A program made the position numbers and the translations under genes. From Eledone cirrhosa (taxonomy: Eukaryota): a stretch of 64,000 nucleotides of DNA. The stretch covers positions 290,036,001 to 290,100,000 of the forward strand of contig OZ024743.1 of assembly GCA_964016885.1 (NCBI GenBank), in the 5' to 3' direction. This document shows, piece after piece, positions 12,920 through 26,770 of this stretch (position 1 is its first letter; each line of letters starts with the position of its first letter). The notes beneath the pieces are model-generated. The model saw only the letters and a list, made by a program, of their open reading frames with translations, searched no databases and was not told where the DNA came from.

Positions 12920-13228
12920 CGTAATATAAGAACATTTAAAAAAAAAAAAAAAAAAAAAATTAACTTACTTACTTAAATTTTCACTCCAACTAATTAGTTT
13001 CTGCAATGGGATAAAGACAGTTACGTAATGAACCGTTGAGAATTTCATTGCGTCATCAGGGAGGTCATTCTCAGCCGAGTCTCCAGGCGATGCGCGGACA
13101 CTGGCGACTCATATAAAAATAATAATAATTCGGTAAATGGAACAGCTATCGAGGACTGGATTCCAGCTACTGAAAATTCTCACTGCCACTGATCATATGG
13201 CCGATTCTAAAGAATCAATCCCGTGACA
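12911..13228 (-). mobile_element. Diverged copy of the 5881-6425 HHR element
   Basis: Colinear similarity to 6128-6425 including the tail TTACTTAC/GTAAGTAA. Confidence 0.7.
12984..13063 (-). ncRNA. Hammerhead ribozyme (extended stem II)
   Basis: CTCC-CTGATGA-cGCAATG...CATTGCa-GAAAC-TAATTA-GTT/GGAG. Confidence 0.75.
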
Positions 13229-13329
13229 CACACATACACACACGCACACATACATACACACAAACACACACATACACATTCACACACACACACACACAAA
13301 TATATACACATATATATATATACATATAT

Positions 13330-13478
<149 letters not shown>

Positions 13479-13686
13479 AGTATGTACACGTACATACATA
13501 TATGTATACAGATGTACAGTAGTATGTATATATATATATACATACATGCACACATATATATATATGCACGTATGGATTCACCGAACATTTATTATAATGC
13601 TAGGTGTGTTTGTAAACAAACATCTCGTATTAAGCCGTAGTGTCTAGCAACCACCGTTGCTCGTTTGTTCAACACTGACAAAGGAA

Positions 13687-13727
13687 CGCTGTACTAGTTT
13701 CAAGCTTGTTAGCTATCGTCAGCAACG
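13687..13727 (-). ncRNA. Minimal Penelope-type hammerhead ribozyme
   Basis: CGTTG-CTGACGA-tAGCT-aaca-AGCTt-GAAAC-TA-GTA/CAGCG; palindromic ACTAGT. Confidence 0.8.
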
Positions 13728-13954
13728 TATACCTTCCTGCCAGATTGTTGAACGTATATACTTACCTTATGCATATTAACGGCTGAGTAGCCCAATTTGC
13801 ATATCGAGTGGGAAATGAATATCGTTTCATTTTTTCCGTTTATCGTTCACGGTGCACCCGGCCGATTAACCCACTCGATATGCAAATTGGGCTACTAAGC
13901 CGTTAATATGCATAAGGTAAGTATATACGTTCAACAATCTGGCAGGAAGGTATA

Positions 13955-13995
13955 CGTTGCTGAGGATAGCTAACCAGCCGGAAACTAGTACATCG
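13955..13995 (+). ncRNA. Minimal hammerhead ribozyme (other arm, more mutated)
   Basis: CGTTG-CTGAGGA-tagctaaccagccg-GAAAC-TA-GTA/CATCG. Confidence 0.65.
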
Positions 13996-14305
13996 TTCCA
14001 TTGTCAGTGTTGAACAAACGAGCAACGGTGGTTGCTAGACACTACGGCTTAATACGGGATGTTTGTTTACAAACACACCGAGCATTATAATAAATTTTCG
14101 GTGAATCCATACGTGCATATATATATGTGTGCATATATGTATATATATATACATACTACTGTACGTCTGTATACATATATGTATGTACCTGTACATACTT
14201 ATATTTAAGTAACAGCCGTACTAAGAGTGGGAAATGAAATATCGTTTCATTTTTTCCGTTCATAGACATATATATATATATATATACACACATACACATA
14301 GACAT

Positions 14306-14390
<85 letters not shown>

Positions 14391-14413
14391 TATATATACA
14401 CATATACACATAT

Positions 14414-14466
<53 letters not shown>

Positions 14467-14527
14467 CATATATATATATATAAATACATATACACACATA
14501 CATATATAAATATATATATATACATAT

Positions 14528-14570
<43 letters not shown>

Positions 14571-14601
14571 TATACATATACACACACACTCATACACACA
14601 C

Positions 14602-14709
<108 letters not shown>

Positions 14710-15189
14710 ATTGGAAGATGATTCTATTAGTAGAGATGGGGGAGGGAGTTGTGTGTGTGTGTATATGGGTGTTATGTGTGTGTGTGCGAGTATGTTAAGA
14801 TGGAGAGAATATATATTTTGTGTGTGTGTATATATATATATGTGTGTAGGAAAGTGGTTCTATTAGTAGAAATGGGGAGGGAGTTGTAGGTGTGGGGGTT
14901 GTTATGTGTGTGTATGGGTGTTATGTGTGTGGGAGTATTGTTAGCATGTTAAGATGAAGAGAATATATATATATATATTGTGTGTGTATGTGTGTGTGTA
15001 GGAAAGTGATTCCTTTAGTAGGAATATTTTTGAATGAACATATTTTCCTTACTTATTCGTGTTTGCTGTTGTATTGTCAGTGCAAACGTATGTTAAGATT
15101 TATTTAGTTCGGGTTTTTATTTTCTAAAGTAGAAGGTGTTATGTGTGTGTGTGTGTGTATGTCATATTATGGTGTTGACATAATGTATA

Positions 15190-16698
15190 TTAAACCTTAT
15201 TTAATGTTGGTCTATATTTTTGAATAAACATATTTTCCTTATTTATTCGCATTTGTTCTGTTGTATTGTTAGCGCAAAGGTAAAATGGGAAGACTTGGAA
15301 TTGGGGTGTCTTATTACTTGCGCAAATGTCTAGATGTGCACTTAGTGGTATCTGTCTCGTGGTTGGATCTCGTAATTGTTGGCGATGAACTATCATTCTG
15401 TTTCTGAGTGTGAGTTTAGTTTGTCCTATATAATCTTCATTGCATCCTTTACATTTAATGGCATAAAGTAGATTTTTTGATGAGCAAGTGAAGTGATTTT
15501 TTACAGTAAAATTTTGTCCTGATTTAAATGTATACGTGTTGCCTTCAAAGAGGTGAGTGCAGGTTCCACAATTAGAGCGACCACATTTTTTGATACTTGG
15601 TTGTGGGTTTGTGGTAGGTAATTTGGCATTGGTGAGTAATGTTTTCAGTGATTTTGGTTGTCTTTTGCTTTTGATTATTTTGTGTGTTTCAAGGGCTTTT
15701 TTCATTCTTGGGTTTTGTTTTAGTAGTGGGATGTTATTGTGAATAGTGTTGTAAGCTTCCGCATTTCTTGGGTTGTGTGTTGAGATATATGATAGAATAT
15801 TGGACGTACCTTGAATTTGTTTCTGTTTCCGTAATTCATCAATGCCTATTGCTTTAGCCCTTTCTATTCCATTATTTATTAGTAATAGTGGGTACTCTCT
15901 CTCGAGTAGAATTTCCTTTAATTCTTGAAGTCTTTTATTTCGCGTTTCATAATTGGAGACAATTGTGCAAATTCTTCTTGCTAGGTTAAAAGGAATGTTC
16001 GTCTTCGTGTGCTTTGGATGGTTGGAGGTGAATAGCAGATATTGTTTGGAATCTGTTGGTTTGTAGTGAATGTCAGTTTCGATATTTGTGTCTTTTTTTA
16101 AGATTAAGATGTCCAGAAATGGGAGTTGATCTTGGCTGTATTCCATTGTGAATTGGATGTGTTTATTGATGCCGTTTATTAAGTTTTTGAAATCCTTCAG
16201 TTGGTCGAGTGTGTGGGACCGAAGAATGAGGAAATCATCCAAGTAGCGTTTCCAATTCTCTGATAAATATTTGTGGAAGTTCAATCCGTATTTTGATTTG
16301 GACTGTTCATATATCTGGACTTCTAAGTATGCCATGACTAAGTTGGCATAAGTTGGAGCGGCTTTTGTACCCATCGCAGTCCCCGATATTTGCTTGTAAG
16401 TATTGCCATCGAAATCAAAAAAGTTGTTCTGTAGGATGAATTTTAATCCTTCGGTGATGAAGCTTTTTTCTATTCTGTCAGGTATCTCATTGGGATATTT
16501 CTCTAGCCAGAATCCTATTGCTTCTAGTCCGTATTGGTGTGGGATCGTTGTGTAGAGATTCACTACATCGAAAGACACAATAATAGTGTCGTTGTTGACA
16601 TGTTTGGGGAGGTGGTTTAACAGGTTCAGATCGTCTCTTACAAGGCTTGGTATGTGTTTCAGTATTGGTTTCAGTAGTATGTCTATAAAGTTGCTCAA
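15190..16698 (-). pseudogene. PLE RT core + GIY-YIG endonuclease ORF segment (502 aa)
   Basis: Motifs as above; joined to upstream fragments only through frameshifts/stops. Confidence 0.85.
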
Positions 16699-18363
16699 TC
16701 TGTGGGGTATTGTGTGTTCACGCAGGCTGAGGTGGATTGTTTACAGGCATCGTTGATTATTTTACATTTGTGGATCTTCGGAAGTCCGTAAAGGTTGCTG
16801 GTTTTGTATTCAAAATTTGTTAAATAATCGCGTTCCTTTTTAGTGAGGTCTTCCTGGTATCGATAAATCAGTGTGTTTAATTTGGTCATTATTTTTGATT
16901 GCTGGTAGTTTTTTACTCTTTCATAGTAATTAGTATTTTGTAAGAGAGAGAACATAGAATTTTTATATTGTTCAGCCTCCATAATGACAACAGTACTTCC
17001 CTTGTCCGCTTCCTTAATTATAATGTCCGTATTGTTTTTTAGTACATGGATAATCTCCCATTCCCTTCGACTTGTGTTGGGTTTGGGTTTAGGTTGCGGT
17101 AGTTCATGCTATGGGAAGGTAGCTATGTGGTCACAAAATTTGTCCAGAACTCTGTTTCTACCTTTTGTTGGGTTGTAGCTGCTTTTATTCCGTACAATTG
17201 ATTCGTCGTTATTCTCCTTGTCAAAGAATTCCTCTGTGAGACGTAATTTTCTACAGAAGTGTGAGATATCGTCATTTATCTCGTTGGGGTTAGGGTATTG
17301 TGGTGTTGGTGTGAATTTCAGACTTTTGGAGAGAATTTTTACTTGTTGGGCTGAGAGGTTTGCATTTGAAATGTTAATTATTTTCGGTTTTTCAAAATCG
17401 GTTTGTGCCACCGGGTGTCGTGAGTCCTGTAGCATTTGGTCTAAAAAATGATTTTTCTGGAATGTTTTTTCATTGGTATTATATCTAATGGCATTTCCCC
17501 TGTTGTTGTGTGGTCTTGTATAGAAGTTTCGGACGTATTGAGGTTCGGTTTGTTGATAGTCCGGGTTGTAGATTTGGTTCCTTTGTGTGGGTTGGGATCT
17601 ACGGTTTTGGAACAGGCTCTGTGTCGGCAGGGGTCTACGGTTTTGGAATAGGTTTTGTGTGGGTTGTGATCTGCGGATCAGGTCCTGCCTTGTGTTCGGG
17701 GATCTTTGGTTTTTGTTAGTAGGGTTATAGTTTTGTCTATGGTTTCTGGGATTATCGTTATAGTTTTGCTGGGGGTATGTTGGACGTTTTGTTACTTTTT
17801 TTGTTATTTGTTGTGCATGCGGTGTGTGAGTTTTAGTTTGTTATAAAAATGGGTTACCTGTATGTTGTTCATTGTTGAAGTCCATTTCGTAGTTGTTGAA
17901 CCAGGTGGCGTTTTTTCCCATCGCTGGAGGGATGTTAGTTCTTCATCCTCACAGTTTTCTTTCCAAAGTTTTAAGTTTTTTTTGTAGAGTAGGCCTTCAG
18001 AGTGCTTTGAGATTTCTGTGTCCATCTGTTGGTCGAGTGACTTGAATTTTTCTTCGTTGGAGTTGGCTCTTAATCGCAACAGTTCTATTTCTGTTTTAAA
18101 TGTTTCCAATGCCATCTTTTCCCTAAGTCTTTGTTGGTTTTCTGGTTCATTCGGGATGGGTTTTCTTTGGAGTTTTTTGGGGAGGATGATTGGGGTAGAG
18201 TTTAGCCACTTTTCATATATGTCTGCCTTGCCATTATTTTTTAGGAGATTCCAAAGGGCGAATTTGCGGGCTGTGAGCTTTTGAGTCCATATGTTGATTA
18301 GGGTGTTTTTCACTGAGTGGAAATCTCGTAGATTGGGTTCTAACGGTTGTTCCAGCTTTTGGA
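15190..18363 (-). mobile_element. Penelope-like element (RT + GIY-YIG, Neptune-like Cys linker), frameshifted in the 5' half
   Basis: LYGLPKIHK, SFDVVNLYT, GTAMGTKAAPTYANL, RYLDD, PFLDI, YKPTD; linker CGRSNCGTC; LLYAIKC..C..DYIGQT. Upstream fragments 16695-16982, 17109-17435, 17804-18363. Confidence 0.88.
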
Positions 18364-18464
18364 TCATACACATATACACATACACACATACATATCTTTA
18401 TACACATACAAATAAATAAATACTCAATAAATATACGCATATACACAGGCACATAAAAACAGAT

Positions 18465-19075
18465 CTACAGGCAGAAAATGCAGATAGATAAGAGGTACTC
18501 ACATAACCATAGTGGCCGTATTTCAGGTTGAGGAGGGGTGGGGGTAGGGTAGGAAGGAGGTATAGGGGCTAAAAGGAGGAGGTCGTTTTTAGCCATCAGG
18601 CTAAAGTATTTGAAAGTTGCAAAGTCCTTGTGCATGCAGTTCGGGCAGTGTTCAGAGAGTTTGTTCAGTAGCGGGCCCTTGGCGAATAACATTTCGTAGC
18701 TCTCTAAGATACAAAGGTCGCAGCCCGTGTGTCCTCCATTGTAAGAGCGCGCTTTCTGGAGTATTTTCCATTTAAGCGTGAAGGGGTGGAGTTCCTTTTG
18801 AGGTCCCAAACATAGGAGGCGAATGTTGTCTGGTTTGATTTGTCCGGTCTTCTGAAGGAGTGGGTATGGGCATACCAACGGGTCTTAAAATTATTGGAAG
18901 TCATGCGGATGTAAGTTTTTTTGTTATTGCAATCATCGGTGCCTGAGATGACATCGCATTTGTATACAATATCATTTGTGAGGCATTTGTTTTCAAGTGG
19001 GCATGCTTCCTTATTTAGGCAATTACACAAAGCCCCAGTCCGGGGATTGGGTTCGGAGGTGGCTGGCTTATTCAA
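18465..19075 (-). pseudogene. GIY-YIG endonuclease fragment of a second PLE lineage (Nematis-like, tentative)
   Basis: [40 protein letters not shown]; then frameshift to WKILQKARSY, CDLCILE, LLNKLSE..CMH. Confidence 0.75.
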
Positions 19076-19222
19076 TTTTTTAATTTTTTAATAATACTCT
19101 GTATTATACTAGTTATCCTACTTGAGCTAAAACCACACTGTCATACCGAGGGCAATATATCTGCATGTCTGGGAATATTGATATATATCTGTCAACGAAA
19201 TATATATAATAATATAATAATA

Positions 19223-19435
<213 letters not shown>

Positions 19436-19447
19436 ATTTTATATATA

Positions 19448-19593
19448 CTAGACCACCCGTGAGTAGTTGGGTCGCGTTCATAAAATTAAAATATAGAGAC
19501 TCGTATATAATGTCAAATGAAATTTTCAATCTACTCTTTCACAACCTCTATCTCTCTCTCTCTATTTATGAAGGCGCAACTTTCTTTCAAATT
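19448..19593 (-). mobile_element. Helitron-like 3' end fragment (second copy 20705-20868)
   Basis: Two direct copies starting ACTAGACCACCCG, i.e. hairpin + CTAG|T on the minus strand. Confidence 0.45.
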
Positions 19594-19727
19594 ATATATA
19601 TATATATACATGTTTCTTTCAAATTACATATATATATATACATATATATATGTGTATATATATATAATTATATATATATATATATGTGTGAGTGTATATA
19701 TACATATATGTGTGTGTATATATACAT

Positions 19728-19830
<103 letters not shown>

Positions 19831-19848
19831 CATATATATATGTGTATA

Positions 19849-19903
<55 letters not shown>

Positions 19904-20054
19904 GTGTGTATATATATATACATATATATATACATAAATGAAAGCAATTGGTGCGTGTGTTTCTTATTGGCAACATGACCCTCCCAAAGTATGACAGTAT
20001 CGGTTTCAACACACGTTTTCAGATAAATAATCTTGCTAAGCAAATTTAGAAACG

Positions 20055-20144
<90 letters not shown>

Positions 20145-20162
20145 TCATATATATATATATAT

Positions 20163-20246
20163 ATGTAGTATATAGCATAATATGTACTAAAGGACAATGT
20201 AATGATAAGAATATAGTGTACATAGGTGTACATAGGTGAGACAGCC
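20163..20246 (+). mobile_element. Short GIY-YIG fragment of the 55672-59129 PLE family
   Basis: Matches 58431-58503 (VVYSI.CT.GQC.DKNIVYIG). Confidence 0.7.
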
Positions 20247-20297
20247 GTTATAGTTATAGGAATAACCAAAGAGTGCTTACAAATACATTGTTTTAAT

Positions 20298-20344
20298 AGC
20301 TAACAGTGTTTCATCCATACACCATGGCAGGAATTATCAGAGCC
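20298..20344 (-). ncRNA. Degenerate minimal hammerhead
   Basis: GGCT-CTGATAA-ttcc...ggat-GAAAC-ACT-GTT/AGCT (G-to-A change in the core). Confidence 0.45.
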
Positions 20345-21217
20345 TATAAACATGAGTATATCAGTAGTTGCATGCTCCATCGAGCTGCCTCACCAGAACA
20401 AGGTTAAAGGAGGAGAAGGGGTTCCCGAGGTCAGCGCAATATGGAAAAAAGTCAGAATACATGATGCACATACTGCCATAAAATGTCTGAAAAGTTTAAA
20501 AATTAAAAATTAAAAATTACACAAAAAATGTATCACTTAAATGGTGCAATAGATGATAAAGAGGTTGGGAGAGGGTAGCAAGGGATGAGTGAGGGTATTA
20601 CTCAGCATGATTAGAAACAATAAGAAAATTATAAAAAAATAATAAAAGAGTACAAAAATACAGGGATAAGAGAAGAGATAAATATAAAAATACAAAACAA
20701 TATACTAGACCACCCGTGACTAGTTGGGGCGCGTTCATATAATATTAAAATATACAGACATGTATATAATATCAAATCAAATTTTAAATCTACTCTTTCA
20801 CAACCACTATCTCTCTCTCTCTATCTTTCTTTCTCTATTTATGAAGGCACAACTTTCTTTCAAATTATTTCCTCATTATGCGCCGTGGTAGCTGTATTAA
20901 ATTACAGAGAAGCACAAAACCACTGTATAACTTTAAATGCAAAGTAAATTTCATAGCGTCGTAAAAACTACGTTGATTGCTATCTATGTGTTTTACGCTT
21001 ATGCAGGTCGGTCAGTACACTCAGTCGAAAGTCATGTCATGTAATATTATGAGAAGGATTTTGGTTAGGTTTTTTAAATATACCACTATGACGGGATTTA
21101 CTATTCAATGCGTATAAGTTATAGGAAGACTGAGGATAAGTATGTAGATCTCATTGTCTAAATGTTGGAGAGCTAGAAAACAAAGCTGTCTTTAGATCAC
21201 TATTCACACACTCACAC

Positions 21218-21266
<49 letters not shown>

Positions 21267-21341
21267 GAAGGAAATGTGGTAAGGAACCAGGTGGACCATA
21301 ACGCACCAAAGCACTCAATACTTAGGGTACTAGAGTGGGTA

Positions 21342-21452
21342 ATAGGAACAAGTAAGACCCCGACGGCTGAACTCAAGCCGTTTCGACGGCTAATTCTGGA
21401 CTGAATTAGCCGCCGAAACGGCTTGAGCTCAGCCGTCGGGGTCTTACTTGTT

Positions 21453-21457
<5 letters not shown>
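21342..21457. repeat. Near-perfect hairpin, 55-bp arms, 6-nt loop, abutting (TA)n
   Basis: 21342-21396 vs 21403-21457, 2 mismatches. Confidence 0.9.
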
Positions 21458-21526
<69 letters not shown>

Positions 21527-21567
21527 AATATGATAATAATGGAGCTGCGGCGCTGCAAATAGGTTAC

Positions 21568-22000
21568 ATATGAAAAAGTTTGTCCTCATCAGTGGCCTTC
21601 CAAGCGTCGTAGGCATTTCGTCGCATTAAAGGCCATATACCTCAGGTTGGTGCGAGCAACGGCTAAAAAAAGTCGTCGGGACACGTAAATAAGGGGGACG
21701 CTAGGGTAAACAAACAAAATGGTTTAAGCAACAGAAAGTGATGAAGAAGAAACAAGTCCCAGATTTCTATGAATAGAAATTCGGTGGAATCGTGAACGAG
21801 AGAATAAAGACCATCAAACCAGGTTGAAATGTGAGCAAGGAAGGAATTTCGCACAGGTCTAACGGGAGGAAGAGGTCTGGTCTGCGAATTCGGTAAACAT
21901 AAGTTCTGTGAAGTCGCAGACGAGAGAGAGAGAAAAAAATTCATACCGGCTTGGCCAAGTGCCCGCGAGAAAAGGATTACGGACAGGTCAAACGGGAAGA
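21568..22000 (-). mobile_element. Dispersed repeat (pLTR-like) ending in a partial/permuted HHR; second copy 46590-46928 (+)
   Basis: About 330 bp of colinear similarity; both copies end at CTGATGA(A)GGAC..TTCATAT. Confidence 0.75.
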
Positions 22001-22170
22001 AAGGGGAGGAGGAGAGATAGTGACAGAGAGTGAGTGAGTGAAAGGTGAGGAAGAAGCTAACAGAGAGAGAGAGAGACTGCTAGAAAGGGTAAAGACACAA
22101 AGAACGAAACAGACTGGTGGCAGCGGAAGAAAAAATATATGTGTAAATATAATATACTCACACACACACT

Positions 22171-22256
<86 letters not shown>

Positions 22257-22802
22257 CATACTTACATGCATGTATGTTACCAGAACATTTATCACATTAC
22301 ATCCACCATAAACTCACATACAATCTGCTTTTCCTACCCATGCATTCCTCACTGCTTAATATACTATTACACCTATATTATGTGATATTTCTGCCAATAT
22401 TCTGTTATACATGTTTAATACCATTGCTTGTTCTTTTACCTTATTATTCTGTACATACATAATACCTCTGCACTCTTTCTAAATGCATGCCTATGTACAA
22501 CTAATGTTCTCATTTTGCGAGTAACTTTATTTCATAATTCTTCTATAATTGTTTTATAATTCTTTTATAATCTTTGTCACACCCACTGATACTGACCACA
22601 TCATCTTCACACTCTAAATATGACACTATTGATAACAACAGTAATATCTACATATCTTTACGATTGGTCTGTGAAATAGGAGGTTAATTATATGTTTAAA
22701 GGTTGCCAATGCTCCGATGATTCCAAACAAATGTTTGCAAGAAACGATTCTCAACAATAAAATGTTTTGAACATAATTTTGATTATTCTGTAATTAAAAC
22801 AC

Positions 22803-22936
<134 letters not shown>

Positions 22937-25340
22937 GCGTTTGTGTCTATGTGCATTCATGTGTGTATATATTTATGTTTATGTAATGCGTAGTTTGTTT
23001 TGTTCCATTATATTTTCTTTTAAATTTATAAACAGCAGCACATAATTTTGAAAAAAAAAAAAATTAATAATTTTGTGACATAAATTTATTAAAACAATTG
23101 GGAATTTTATAAAACTCGATTGCAAAGGATGACAATCACCATGTCAACATTTTTAATATTTGCCGCCTGACATTTAATTAATATTATTGTAACTTGCGAA
23201 TAGATTTAGAGGCGTAATACGTAACTAAACCAGATATAGTTAAATATAACAAAATATATAACAATTTGATATATTCTTTAATATATATAGCTGGTGACAT
23301 TTGCTTGAGAATAAATTTCAAGAGGGCTTAGGGAAATGCCGCCAAAATAAGATTTATTATTATATCCTTTTGTAGGATTAATGATGCAACGTTAAGGTAG
23401 TTTCATTTAAGATATTTCTCACTGTATAATTTATTAACAATAGATAAACTGCATTTGCTCGATTATGGCTGAGTTCACTCTTCTGCAAACATTCACATGC
23501 TTTCGTCTTTCACTATCACTCTCGCCTCGGAGGTTATGAGAAATATCATGGATATTGGTCATACGTCCCTGGTTAAACTTTTTAAAAAGGGCTCTAATAT
23601 CTCTAACTTGGTAACACATTATGCGATATATTTGCTTCGTTATCTTTCCAGTGAAGCTAATATCACAAATTCCTATATAATAATATATTCTTATATAATA
23701 GGCATTAACATGCTAGCAGTTATATTCTCATTTTAAGTATGATTTTAATTTCACTAGAAATGTATGTACCTCATATTTTCTGTTTGAATCCGCTATAAAA
23801 CTTTGCGAATGTTAGCACAGTAAAGGCTTATTGAAAAGATATGACCTAAATTCTGAAGGATAAATGACCCATCCAATTGCTCTATTTTTTCTTGTGTAAA
23901 AGTGGTATTGTTCATAATCATCTTATTCCAGTAGGAAAGTGGCTGCAGTACATATTTTAATATTATTTTCCTAATCTAGGTTTAACGTAAAAGATTGTCG
24001 TTTAAAATTAACAAATCCTATTACAATGAGAATACCCGTATCACTCTTCTATGGCTATTCGTCTATTCGTACAACTAAGCCTTTCTTTTCTGAATTTTCT
24101 TTCATTCTTCTTAAAAAAATGAATTCTGAATGAAGAAAATTGAACTGCGACCGAATATATCATTTCTCATTACTTCGAGGTTTCATTCTGGAAAAAGTAT
24201 GAGTTTTACACATTAATCTCTTCAATCAAATATATATATCTTTAAAATATGCAGGAAATCGATATGCCGTTAGAGTTAGTGTAATCTGATTCCCCTTCTT
24301 TAAATTGTGTCAGACCCTATCCTGCTTCGGATATTTATTCGACAGAATCTTTTCTGTAAAGATGTTTTATAATTAATATAAGAATTAAACCTTTTAAAGT
24401 GCATATCAAAACTTTCCTAGTGCGTTGCAGTAAAAAGGGTTGCACTGACCACATGGTGTGAGGAATGTGATAGAAATGATACATTAACACCATAAACTAC
24501 TAATTTAAAGAACTGAACCTGAACTGTAGGAAGATATCTAAGCTGTTCGTCCGCTAAATAATTAACAGTGGTTTCCTAAAAGGGTGGTACCCTCGCGGAA
24601 ATACCGGTAGTTAAATGAAAATCATTGCAACGAGAAAAAATTACGTGCATGATCTAAAACCCTGCTAGAATTAAGGGTCAACTGAGGGTATCTTTTGTGT
24701 TTGGTCGACCTGCAACAATCAACACACATGTCGTTCTCAATATAACAGCTAATCACCTTAATATCAAAATGAATCTTTCAATAATCTAGTTCTAGATACA
24801 TTCTAGATACATTGAAATAAAGCAGTAAATTATATAAAAAAGATGCAGGATTGTTTCTTCCTTTAAGATATGAGCCTCAACCACAACAGCATCCGAAACA
24901 AATATATTTTAAATTACTCACAAAAAGGTGAAAATTGTTTTCGAGACACTAAATCTGAACATAAAGTAATCACGGTTGGAAAATTGCTGTGCTTGCTGAA
25001 ATAGAGCCAAAATATATCTATATATTATCTCAGTATCATCCAGAGAGTTTCGAGGGCTTTATTTGTTCATTTTATTAGCCTATATTTACCGTTATTTTGT
25101 ATCATATACAATAAACCTATATACGCTTATACTCTCTGACTACCGACTCCTTGGGGCAAATGCAGACACAGATGAATAAGCTAGGCCATACGCATGTGCA
25201 ACACTAGCATCTATATTTCCCCACTCCATATAAGAGTAAATTTATTTCCCAGCATTGTTACTATTAACGACTAGAATAATTAGTGATGCATGATATAATA
25301 TCATATTATAACATAATTATATTTTACTAGTATTATTTTT

Positions 25341-25520
25341 ATTGGCAGTATCGGTAGAGGGTCGGACGCCATGCTTTGACGCATAGAGTTACGGCCCTTG
25401 CCATTCTGAGTTCAAATCCCGCCGAGTTTAACCTTGCCTTTCATCCTACGGGGTCGATAAAATAAAGTACCAGTAATGCACTGGGTTATTGCTGGCCTTG
25501 TGCCAAAAGTAGAAACAATT
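25341..25520 (+). mobile_element. tRNA-derived SINE
   Basis: Same family; TSD ATTATTTTTATT. Confidence 0.85.
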
Positions 25521-26221
25521 ATTTTTATTAAAATCCATTAGCATTTTCTAAACCGCGGCTCTTTGTTCGTACCATTGCAATCTTCACAAACCACTTCTTT
25601 AAGAAACACTGTCTTAAATCATATCCGATTATCTTTTCCCGTCATTCAAACATGATATCTAGGATAAAGGTGAATTATACACACGTCATAGGGCATAGGA
25701 CAGGGATGTCATTTTTTGAATTCCTTTGATCGGAATTCTGTTGAATCGGAATCGCCATTGATTTGAAAAACATATCCACATAGAATACTTCATACGAAAG
25801 TATGTTGCCTACGATAACAAAATCTACACATTAAGAGATTAACAGCACTTTTTAGTTTATGTTTATCTGAGGTGGAAATTATTTCGTTACAAAAATCTAG
25901 TAAAGAGGCATATGGAAACACTTATAATATCATGTATTCTATTCCCGGTCCTGGGAACAGTCTGTTCTTTAGTTCCATCAACAGTTATCTGTTAATCTTG
26001 CGCTGATCTGAACTTCCCATTAAGAAACCCCCTAATCTATACACCAGCAACATAAGCAAAATCTAGCTAGATTTATAGTGCATCAGCTTTTGAATTCATA
26101 ACCAGACGCAATATCGTTTATCTGTTACGCAAAGTTTTGTTTATTCGCAGGAAAGAACATCAAATAGGAAAGTATCCTTCCATCCGAACCTGTACTGTTA
26201 TATATATATATATATATATAT

Positions 26222-26371
26222 ATATTTAATATAGAAATGGCTTCTGACGATTTCTCCCGATTGAAATAGTTCTAGTTCTGTAGAAGCCAGTTCTATATTA
26301 AATATCTATACTCTGCTATGTATTGAGTACCTTACTTACTGTGGGTATCCCCGATTGAACCCGGGATAAAC

Positions 26372-26405
<34 letters not shown>

Positions 26406-26427
26406 GTTTATCCCGGGTTCAATCGGG
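26222..26427 (+). mobile_element. Tiny HHR-like element with two inverted repeats, inside (TA)n
   Basis: IR 26222-26245/26282-26305 around CTGACGA...GAAATAG-ttctagtt-CTGTA/GAAGCC; perfect 23-bp IR 26350-26372/26405-26427 centred on (TA)n. Confidence 0.65.
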
Positions 26428-26770
26428 ATATATATATATATATATATATAATCCGTAGAGTAAATATTTATTATAAGTACAGAGTCGCTTCTTCACCCTT
26501 AACGGGATATTTTGAAACTAAATAAAATCCATCTATTGACGCAGAAGTAAATATTTCGAAAAAACGTTACAACCGAAGGAAAACAGGAAGACGATACGTT
26601 CCCTGGCAATGAACAAAAAACAGGGAAGATAATTACGTAGTTATGTGGAGCGATGAGAACAATTTTTTGAAAAGACAAAAAACATGTTTATGGTATGAAA
26701 GGAGTTGTTAGACTAATATTCTATTTAGAATAACCGAATAACTTCCAGCACCGGATTTGGAGAATCTAAA

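Larger units (their letters stand above)
13480..14260. mobile_element. Head-to-head (foldback) pair of a non-coding HHR element; about 330-bp inverted arms
   Basis: About 13480-13812 pairs with about 13870-14200. Tail GAGTGGGAAATGAA..TTTTTTCCGTT occurs at 13806 and about 14225. Flanked by (TA)n. Single copy at 61420-61836. Confidence 0.85.
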
